Source: an uncultured Gemmatimonadales bacterium
GTDB lineage: Bacteria > Gemmatimonadota > Gemmatimonadetes > Gemmatimonadales > GWC2-71-9
Assembly: GCA_963812755.1 (NCBI GenBank)
Contig: CAWEWK010000010.1
Coordinates: 107,872 to 171,871 of the forward strand
DNA: 64,000 bases
Direction of reading: 5' to 3'
Position numbers and translations under genes: made by a program. Of this stretch, positions 57,578 to 64,000 are shown piece after piece; positions within the stretch are counted from its first letter, which is position 1, and each line of letters opens with the position of its first letter. Below the pieces are notes generated by a model. It worked only from the letters and a program-made list of their open reading frames with translations, was not told where the DNA came from and made no database searches.

Positions 57578-58396
57578 CTATCTGGAGAACGCCAGCTCCC
57601 CTTCTCCACCCTGGTACAAAGGCCCCACAAAGCGCGTAGGCGAGCCCTTCAGGGCTCGGGCGAAGGCATCCTTTCCCTCAATCCGTAATGACCCCACCAA
57701 GCTGCGCCGCCATGGGGCCGCCAGTGTCACCTTGGCCTCGGCGCCGGTACTTCCAAGCACCCATGCCCAGGAGACGGCGTCCTCGACTTTGACGCTGTCC
57801 GCTGCGGGGTGGCCGTCCCAGATCAGCAAGGTCTTCCCTACCTTGAGCTGGTAGCGGTCGTCACCGGCCTTCGTCGTGTCATCCAGGGCCTCCGGCACCT
57901 TGCCGACGCTGCTGCTGACCTCCCGCAGCCGCAGCCCGGTGTTCCCTCCCACCTGTTGCAATCGTCCGCTGTTGGTCATGAGCTGGAGCGCGACGTCCCG
58001 ACGGGACCCCGAGTTCAGCTCGATCGCCCCCACGGTCCACACGCCGAGCATCGTGATCTTCTGCTGGCTCTTGGTCTCGACTCTCACCGCCCCGGCATCG
58101 ATCGCGTCGAGGTAGTAGAGGCAGAAGCTGGAAGGGCTCCAAGCGGCAAGATCCGGCTGGTTGTCTACCACAGTGCGCAGAGCCGGGTGCAGGTTCTCGG
58201 ACTGACTGGCGCCGAGCAAGCGGAATTCCGACGGCAGCTGATCCCTCACGATCGAGGGGTCTACCAGGAGCTGAATGCACATGGCGCTGCGGAGCCCCTC
58301 GAGCCGCCACACCACGGCGTCCTTTTCACGGCTCTCTTGGGCTGGGAGGGTGGGACCGGCGAGGCTCAGTGCCAGTGCCAGCCCGGCCCTTGCCAA
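57578..58396 (-). CDS. hypothetical secreted protein
   Basis: Signal peptide MARAGLALALSLAGPTLPAQ. 272 aa. No family recognised. Lower GC than the bulk of the window. Confidence 0.55.
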   Translation of the reverse strand: MARAGLALALSLAGPTLPAQESREKDAVVWRLEGLRSAMCIQLLVDPSIVRDQLPSEFRLLGASQSENLHPALRTVVDNQPDLAAWSPSSFCLYYLDAIDAGAVRVETKSQQKITMLGVWTVGAIELNSGSRRDVALQLMTNSGRLQQVGGNTGLRLREVSSSVGKVPEALDDTTKAGDDRYQLKVGKTLLIWDGHPAADSVKVEDAVSWAWVLGSTGAEAKVTLAAPWRRSLVGSLRIEGKDAFARALKGSPTRFVGPLYQGGEGELAFSR

Positions 58397-58444
58397 TGGA
58401 CGGGAAGAAATGCTTGCCTCCGGGATGATGCGTGCTGTAGGGGC

Positions 58445-59023
58445 TCAGCTGCCCCGGGCTGTGCCTACCGCCGATCCGAGCTGGCTGAAGTGCTCGGGGT
58501 TGGCGGGATCGAAGTGCATGTTGCGGTATTTCACCCTTCCATCGGCACCAACCACGTAGACCGTGCGCCGGGGATAGCCGCTGCTGCCGTAGCTTCCGTA
58601 TTTCCTGGCGACGAGCTGATCCGGGTCACTGAGCAGGCGAAACGGCAGGCCCAGACTCGCCGCGAATTTGCCATGGGTATCCACTGGATCGCTGCTGACG
58701 CCGACGACTACGACGTCCGGCCCGAAGAGATTCGCGTGCTGGTCGGCGAAGCTGCGAAACTGGGCGGTGCAGGTCGGCGTGAAGTCGCGGGGATAGAACG
58801 CGATGACGACGACCTTCCCCCGGTCCCGCCAGAGTTGATAGGGTGACTCGGCCGGACCCACGCCGTCCTTGTTGGCCCACGGGAGGGTGAAGTCAGGGGC
58901 GACCCGACCGGCTTCAGGGCCCCCGGACAGAATGGCGGTCGGCGTTCTTTTGGCGCCCTGCGCGGAGAGGGCAACCGGGGCGGCCACGGCAAAGGCGGTC
59001 AGAAGCAGCACAGAAGCACGCAT
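58445..59023 (-). CDS. secreted peroxiredoxin (AhpC/TSA, Bcp-like)
   Basis: Signal peptide MRASVLLLTAFAVAAPVALSAQ. Peroxidatic Cys context FYPRDFTPTCTAQ. GVSSDP. Confidence 0.85.
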   Translation of the reverse strand: MRASVLLLTAFAVAAPVALSAQGAKRTPTAILSGGPEAGRVAPDFTLPWANKDGVGPAESPYQLWRDRGKVVVIAFYPRDFTPTCTAQFRSFADQHANLFGPDVVVVGVSSDPVDTHGKFAASLGLPFRLLSDPDQLVARKYGSYGSSGYPRRTVYVVGADGRVKYRNMHFDPANPEHFSQLGSAVGTARGS

Positions 59024-59132
59024 GGATCAGCGAACCTCGGCGTTGGATGATGGGGTTCACGCTGGAGACGTCCGGAACGGCAGTCCCGACACGGCGCGGG
59101 GAATTATAACAGGCTGGTCGGCCGGCTTCAGC

Positions 59133-60284
59133 CTAGCCCTGGCGGGAGTGGAGCGACCGGAGCGGGATCTCGATTCCTTTCAGGATGGCCGCGGTCAGCT
59201 CGTCCTGGGTAGCGAAGACGTCCTCCACCTGTCGATCGAACCGTTCACACCACCGCTCGAGACCATCCCCGGCGTCCACTAGCCGCACGTGGAGCCTGAT
59301 CCGCTCTCCGGCCTGACGGACGGTCCCTTCGATCAGCGCGGCGACGCCCAGGCGCCGGCCAATCTCCCTGGCGTCCAGCTCCACGCCCCGGAACATCTGG
59401 ACCGAGGTGCGCGCGGTAACTCTGACGCCGTCGATTCGGCCGAGGGCCGCGGCCAGCTCATCGCCCAGTCCCTCGGCGAAGTATCCATTGCTCTCCGCCG
59501 AACTCAGGTTGGCGAAGGGTAGCACAGCGACCGTGATCGCGGACCCGGCAGTCCCCTGCCGGATGGGCGGTTCCCGGGGCCGCCGAAGTTGGGCGGCCAG
59601 TGCCCCGATGGCGGGATTGGGCGCGGCACCGAGCTCGTCGCGGACCAGTGCCTCGTATTCACGGGCGTGTTCCAAGGCGGCAGCGCGATTTCCCGCGGCC
59701 GCCAGGGCCGACATGAGGTGCACCGTCACCCTCGAACTCAAGGGATCCTGCTCCGCCAGACGACGCCACCATTGCGCGGCACTGCGGGAATCCCCTCGCG
59801 CCGCGGCGTCGGCAGCCAAGGTTTCCAGGGCCTCGGCATGCTGATTCGCCAATCCGGCTCGCTCGTTGTCCACCCACCGCTCGAATTCCGCCGCGCCGCT
59901 CAGGAAAAAACCGTCGAGGAACGGCCCGCCATAGAGCGACACGGCGCGCTCCAAATCCCCAGCACCCCGTGCAGCCGAGAACTCCTGGACGTCGCAGAGG
60001 ATGACTTCGGGGTTAAGCCGGAGCTCGTTGCTGCCCAAGAACAGCGACTCGGCGTTGCAGTAACGGCGTAGGGCGTAGAGCACCTGAGTGAGACGGTGGC
60101 CGGCTCGCTCCGGTTCCGTCTCCGGCCAGAGGTAGGCCAGGATCTTGTCGCGACTCATGCCCCGCTCTCCGCTGGGGGCGAGCAGGGCCAGGAGTGCCAG
60201 GGACTTCTTTTGGCCGGCCACGCCACCGGCCGGTGCTCCTTCACGTTCGACTACCGCCCCACCCAGCGTTCGGAATCGGAGCAT
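59133..60284 (-). CDS. SARP-type regulator: winged-helix + BTAD + C-terminal TolB-N-like module
   Basis: LRFRTLGGAVVE...KKSLALLALLA..RDKILAYLWPE (OmpR/SARP wHTH). BTAD helices (DLERAVSLYGGPFLDGF...RVTVHLMSALAAAGNRAAALEHAREY). ITVAVLPFANLSSAESNGYFAEGLGDEL module. Confidence 0.8.
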   Translation of the reverse strand: MLRFRTLGGAVVEREGAPAGGVAGQKKSLALLALLAPSGERGMSRDKILAYLWPETEPERAGHRLTQVLYALRRYCNAESLFLGSNELRLNPEVILCDVQEFSAARGAGDLERAVSLYGGPFLDGFFLSGAAEFERWVDNERAGLANQHAEALETLAADAAARGDSRSAAQWWRRLAEQDPLSSRVTVHLMSALAAAGNRAAALEHAREYEALVRDELGAAPNPAIGALAAQLRRPREPPIRQGTAGSAITVAVLPFANLSSAESNGYFAEGLGDELAAALGRIDGVRVTARTSVQMFRGVELDAREIGRRLGVAALIEGTVRQAGERIRLHVRLVDAGDGLERWCERFDRQVEDVFATQDELTAAILKGIEIPLRSLHSRQG

Positions 60285-60290
60285 GCCATG

Positions 60291-60318
60291 GCCTGAGTAT
60301 GCCTGAGAATTATCTGAG
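60291..60318. promoter_or_regulatory. three phased direct repeats (G)CCTGAG / (G)CCTGAG / TCTGAG, spacing 10 and 11 bp
   Basis: CTGAG at 60293, 60303 and 60314. Begins 7 nt beyond the SARP start codon (60284). 83 nt upstream of the small ORF ATG (60402). Confidence 0.55.
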
Positions 60319-60401
60319 ATCCGTATGACGCGCCCGGCCTATAGTAGGACCACGTTTTTGACGGTGCAAGCGCAGTCATACTTCCAGAGGAGAGTACTAC
60401 A

Positions 60402-60677
60402 ATGTCAGCTCAACTTCGCAACCTGATGGGCGCCGGCTTCGTGGCAGGGTTGATGTTGCTTCCGGCCACTGGGGATGAGCCCTCGGCAGGAGCCCGGGCC
60501 CTGCTCGGACGCGTGGCCACCATCGCCCAGGCGAGCACTCGGTCGGATGCCGCGGACCCCTCTCATCCCCGCGCGGACCAGGCGCTCCTGGGGCGGGTCG
60601 GGGTGAAGCCCACCGTCGTCTCGACCGGATCGAAGTCGATTACCGGCGAGCAGGCAATCCTGGCGAATGGTCGCTAA
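60402..60677 (+). CDS. small secreted protein (91 aa), hypothetical
   Basis: GGAGAG 7 nt upstream of the ATG. Signal-like LMGAGFVAGLMLLPATG. Internal repeat ALLGRV x2 plus QAILANG. GC3-rich. Confidence 0.55.
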   Translation: MSAQLRNLMGAGFVAGLMLLPATGDEPSAGARALLGRVATIAQASTRSDAADPSHPRADQALLGRVGVKPTVVSTGSKSITGEQAILANGR

Positions 60678-60709
60678 GTGAGTGGGCGAGTGACGACATC
60701 AGCGACGCC

Positions 60710-60729
60710 GAGCGGAGCGCTCCGCTCGC
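60710..60729. terminator. 20-nt perfect palindrome between convergent genes (possible bidirectional terminator hairpin)
   Basis: CGAGCGGAGC|GCTCCGCTCG. No flanking T tract. Confidence 0.35.
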
Positions 60730-60747
60730 CGAATGACGGGCAGGACT

Positions 60748-63018
60748 CTAGAAATTGAGACCCATCTTCTCCAACAACGCGAGGAAACGCGGGCCCTGTC
60801 GGTAGGGATGCTCCAACCCCGGTGTCACTCGGGTAAACGCCAGCCAACCGGATCGTTCCGAGATAGCCTGCTCGGCCAGACGAAAGTGCTCATCGATGTC
60901 GTCCAGGCCAAGGTGCACGTAAGCCTCGATCATGGGCGACAAGTAACGCCGCTGCCGCTCCTGCCGAAGCCGGTCGATGATTCGTCTGGCATCCGGCTCC
61001 CTCCCCAACCGTCCGTAGAGATAGCCCGCTACCGCCAGCAGCGTCGGTAGTGGTCCAGCGAGGCTCAAGCCGCTTTCAATCTCAATGAGCGCCTCCTCGT
61101 ATCTCTCCATGTTGCTGAGCGCCCGGGATATCCAGGCACGGGTGAGCCCATACCGCGGCTCCATCTCCGCCGTGGCCCGCAGGTGTTGCAGGGCCTCTTC
61201 ATTCCGATTCGCGAAGGTAAGGGCACGCCCAACGGCCAGGTGAACGATGAGGGAGATGGGATCCAAGGCCTCCGCGCGCCGTAGGATCGCGAGCGCTTCG
61301 TCGTGCCGGCTCATCACACCGAGATAGTTGGCGTACCAGACCTGCGAAACAGTGTCCTCGGGTGCCAGTTCCATAGCCTTCCGGAACTCGGCTTCGGCCC
61401 GGAGCCAATCCCAGTCATACAGTAAGCTGACCGCGCCTAGCCAGCAGTGGGGACTGCCGAGCGTTGGCTCGAGCTCCAGGGCGAGTTGTGCAGCGGTCTT
61501 GGCCTTGGGCATCGTTTCCTTCGGGGGTAGGTCTCCCACGAATTCCTCGAACCCGCGCAGGGTCCAGCAACTGGCCAACCCGGCGTGAGCTCGCGCAAAC
61601 CTAGGATCCCGCTCGATTGACTGCTCGAACAATCCGATCGCGCTTTGGATCCCTTCCTGGGTTCGCTGATTGGCGGCATAGCATCCCTTGAGATACAGAG
61701 TGTAGGCCTCGATACTCGCCGTCGGTGGCTCCACCAGCGGAGCGCTCGCTGCTCCCACCCGTTGGGTCAGCGCCGTGGCGATGGCCTTGGCGAGCTCGTC
61801 CTGAACCGCGAAGACATCGGCCAGGGTTCGATCGTACACTTGAGACCATACCTGGTACCCTTGGGAGGCATCGATCAGCTGGGCGGTGATCCGAATCCGG
61901 TCGCCGACTTTCCGGACGCTCCCCTCGAGCAGGTGCTGCACCTTGAGTCGTTTCCCGATCGATCTCGCGTCCAGACTCTTCCCCTTGAACACGAATGCCG
62001 AGCTGCGCGCCGTCACCCTCAAGCCGGAAATTTGGGACAGCGCGTTGATGACTTCCTCGGTCATCCCGTCGCTGAAGTACTCATTTTCCTGGTCGGCGCT
62101 GAGGTTTACAAAGGGCAAGACGGCGATGGACCCTTGGGACCCCCGAGTGGCTCGCTTGGAAGAACGGGGTCGCTTGGAGGTGTCAGCCACCGCCCCAGTG
62201 ATGAGCTCGGCGAATGCCGCGGCGGTAGCTGGCCGGCCGCTGGGTAACCGCCGCAACCCGGTCTCGACCGCTCGGTCCAGGGCTGCCGGTACCCCAGCCA
62301 CATGATCGCTCAGTTTTGGGGAAGCGTCGTCCAGACGCTCAGCCAGAAGACCGTGGACCGTCCTGGACCTGAACAGAGGCCTTCCCGCCACCATCTCGAA
62401 CAGCACGCAGGCCAGGCTATAGATATCGCTGCGGCCGTCCAACTCCTGCTCGCCCGTCATTTGCTCCGGGCTCATATACAGCGGAGTCCCAACCAGCAGA
62501 CCGGCGTGAGTCAGACTCACATCCCCCGCGAGTCCGAGAGCCCGGGCGATACCGAAGTCCGTGACCAGCGCGTGGCCCTCCTCCAGAAGGATGTTTTCCG
62601 GCTTGATATCGCGGTGCAGGATGTTTCGGCGGTGGGCATAGTCCAGGGCCTCCGCCACCTCCTTCGCAATCCGAACCGCGTCGCCTATGGAAAGCTTCCC
62701 TTCCCGCTCCAACCGTTGCCGGAGCGATTCGCCCTCGATGAGTGGCATGACGTAGTACGGGCCGGATGGCCCCTCGGCGCTCTCCAGGGTTCCCGAGTCG
62801 TAGACCGGCAGGATGTGGGGATGGTGCAGTTGCGCGGTGAGCCGTATTTCTCGGAGAAAGCGCTCGAGGCCCAGGTGGGAGGCCACGTCGGATCGCAACA
62901 CCTTGAGCGCCACCGGCCGGTCGTGCTTGAGATCCCGGGCGAGAAACACCGTGGCCATCCCGCCCTGGCCGATCTCACGCTCGATGATATACCGTTCGGA
63001 AATGCTGGCTCGATTCAT
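60748..63018 (-). CDS. Ser/Thr protein kinase with TolB-N-like module and C-terminal TPR array
   Basis: GQGGMATVFLARD..ALKVL, HRDIKPENILL, DFGIA and SPEQ. Then IAVLPFVNLSADQENEYFSDGMTEEV, then multiple TPR repeats. 756 aa. Confidence 0.9.
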   Translation of the reverse strand: MNRASISERYIIEREIGQGGMATVFLARDLKHDRPVALKVLRSDVASHLGLERFLREIRLTAQLHHPHILPVYDSGTLESAEGPSGPYYVMPLIEGESLRQRLEREGKLSIGDAVRIAKEVAEALDYAHRRNILHRDIKPENILLEEGHALVTDFGIARALGLAGDVSLTHAGLLVGTPLYMSPEQMTGEQELDGRSDIYSLACVLFEMVAGRPLFRSRTVHGLLAERLDDASPKLSDHVAGVPAALDRAVETGLRRLPSGRPATAAAFAELITGAVADTSKRPRSSKRATRGSQGSIAVLPFVNLSADQENEYFSDGMTEEVINALSQISGLRVTARSSAFVFKGKSLDARSIGKRLKVQHLLEGSVRKVGDRIRITAQLIDASQGYQVWSQVYDRTLADVFAVQDELAKAIATALTQRVGAASAPLVEPPTASIEAYTLYLKGCYAANQRTQEGIQSAIGLFEQSIERDPRFARAHAGLASCWTLRGFEEFVGDLPPKETMPKAKTAAQLALELEPTLGSPHCWLGAVSLLYDWDWLRAEAEFRKAMELAPEDTVSQVWYANYLGVMSRHDEALAILRRAEALDPISLIVHLAVGRALTFANRNEEALQHLRATAEMEPRYGLTRAWISRALSNMERYEEALIEIESGLSLAGPLPTLLAVAGYLYGRLGREPDARRIIDRLRQERQRRYLSPMIEAYVHLGLDDIDEHFRLAEQAISERSGWLAFTRVTPGLEHPYRQGPRFLALLEKMGLNF

Positions 63019-63045
63019 CTGAGGATTTTCTGAGCCGCGGCTGAG
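63019..63045. promoter_or_regulatory. three phased CTGAG direct repeats, spacing 11 and 11 bp
   Basis: CTGAG at 63019, 63030 and 63041. The first repeat abuts the kinase start codon (63016-63018). 86 nt upstream of the ALDH ATG (63132). Confidence 0.55.
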
Positions 63046-63131
63046 GAAGAAGCTCTATTGTATGGCGCGGTTTCAGGGAGTGCAATCAATCCGCCTCATT
63101 CGCGCCTGGCTTCATCGGCGAGGAGAGCTCA

Positions 63132-64000
63132 ATGGCTACTGTCGCGGCAGCCAACCCATTCCATCGCGCCCAAACGACTTCGCGCCCCCAGCTGGACCAG
63201 ATGATCCGGCGGCTCCAGGACGGCAGCCGAGGCTTTGCTCGACTGTCGCTCCCCGAGCGTATCTCACTCGCCCGCTCCATGCAGGCCGGTTATCTGGCGA
63301 TCGCCCGAGAGAGTGTGGCCGCCGCCTGCGCTGCCAAGGGGGTTGCCCTGGGGACTTCCGCGGAGGGTGAGGAGTGGTTCAATCCCTGGTCCGTGGTGCG
63401 GCATTTGCGCCTCGTGGCGGAGGCACTCACCGCGCTGGCCCGCAAAGGAAACACTCCGATTGGACCGGTGAGCCGGACTGTAGATGGCAGGCTGGCCGTG
63501 CAAGTGTTTCCGGTGAGTCCGGTGGACCGGGTGCTCTTTCCGAGAATTACAACGGAAGTCCATCTGGCAACCGGGCAGACTGAAGAGGAGATGACCCGCT
63601 CCCGGGCGCGTTGGTACAAGTCAGAGCCTCTGGAGAGCGGGCCGGTGTTGGTCCTCGGGGCCGGGAACATGTCGATGATCCCCGCCATGGATGTCATCAC
63701 CAAACTCTTCAACGAAGGCAAGGTCTGTCTCTTGAAGATGAATCCGGTGAACGCCTATCACGGCCCGTTCATCGAGACCGCTTTCGCCGAGCCGATCGCG
63801 CGCGGCTTTCTGGCGGTGGCGTATGGCGGCGCCGAAGAAGGCGCGCACCTCGTCCAGCACCCCGGCATCGCGGAAGTGCACTTGACGGGCTCGGACCGGA
63901 CCTACGATGCCATGGTCTGGGGCCCCGCCGGGCCCGAGCGGGAGCTTCGGAAAGCCCGGAATACTCCGGCCCTGACCAAGCCAGTCACGGCAGAGCTGGG
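63132..64000 (+). CDS. aldehyde dehydrogenase family protein (3' end outside window)
   Basis: My own translation from ATG 63132 (AGGAGAG upstream): MATVAAANPFHRAQ...VLVLGAGNMSMIPAMDVITKLFNEGKVCLLKMNPVN...VHLTGSDRTYDAMVWG...TAELG. Open to the window end; not in the ORF track because it lacks a stop. Confidence 0.8.
   Translation, partial: MATVAAANPFHRAQTTSRPQLDQMIRRLQDGSRGFARLSLPERISLARSMQAGYLAIARESVAAACAAKGVALGTSAEGEEWFNPWSVVRHLRLVAEALTALARKGNTPIGPVSRTVDGRLAVQVFPVSPVDRVLFPRITTEVHLATGQTEEEMTRSRARWYKSEPLESGPVLVLGAGNMSMIPAMDVITKLFNEGKVCLLKMNPVNAYHGPFIETAFAEPIARGFLAVAYGGAEEGAHLVQHPGIAEVHLTGSDRTYDAMVWGPAGPERELRKARNTPALTKPVTAEL

Noticed and set aside
63366-63385. tRNA-like T-arm string GGTTCAATCC
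   Set aside because: It lies inside the aldehyde dehydrogenase reading frame with no acceptor or anticodon arms around it. No other tRNA-like T-loop motifs were seen in the window.

Overview
High-GC (roughly two-thirds G+C by eye) bacterial chromosomal window. It is gene-dense, with about 60 CDS, mostly housekeeping, and many junctions show 1-4 nt stop/start overlaps (ATGA, GTGA, TGATG). In order: Crp/Fnr regulator (5' partial), MBL hydrolase, DUF4105 protein, Gfo/Idh/MocA oxidoreductase, SpoIID, YajQ, a short RpoD-type sigma factor and an aldehyde dehydrogenase. Next come a translationally coupled chain (larE-type, thpR, hypothetical, sigma54 activator, hypothetical), arfB-MOSC, yifB/comM, an S41 peptidase and a 1327-aa NtrY-like kinase. 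Then creatininase, TolC-MacA-ATPase plus four tandem FtsX/MacB permeases, DUF4349, a bshB1-like deacetylase, cysteine desulfurase-mnmA, ppk1, grpE-dnaJ, cinA, pgsA and mglA-mglB. These are followed by recR-ybaB-dnaX with an SRP RNA candidate, yihY, ytxH and a glycolytic cluster (class II aldolase, pgi, pyk). After a 330-bp AT-rich spacer lies a visibly lower-GC regulatory islet: secreted protein, secreted peroxiredoxin, SARP/BTAD regulator, small secreted ORF and Ser/Thr kinase. A 3'-partial aldehyde dehydrogenase ends the window. Main second-look items: (1) a family of intergenic hairpin elements built from tandem 7-bp units (RGCTATC)n, five to six copies. (2) Helically phased CTGAG triplets abutting the start codons of both islet regulator genes. 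(3) Single-base frame breaks in dnaJ and cinA, a YihY gene without a canonical start and a non-GNRA loop in the SRP RNA candidate, all within about 11 kb. (4) An A-B-A-B duplication of MacB-type permeases. (5) An MglA with an internal insertion. No tRNA, rRNA, CRISPR, transposase or integrase was seen. A Gemmatimonadota-like origin is only a weak inference, based on the short sigma-A, MglAB, TolB-like kinase architectures and high GC.
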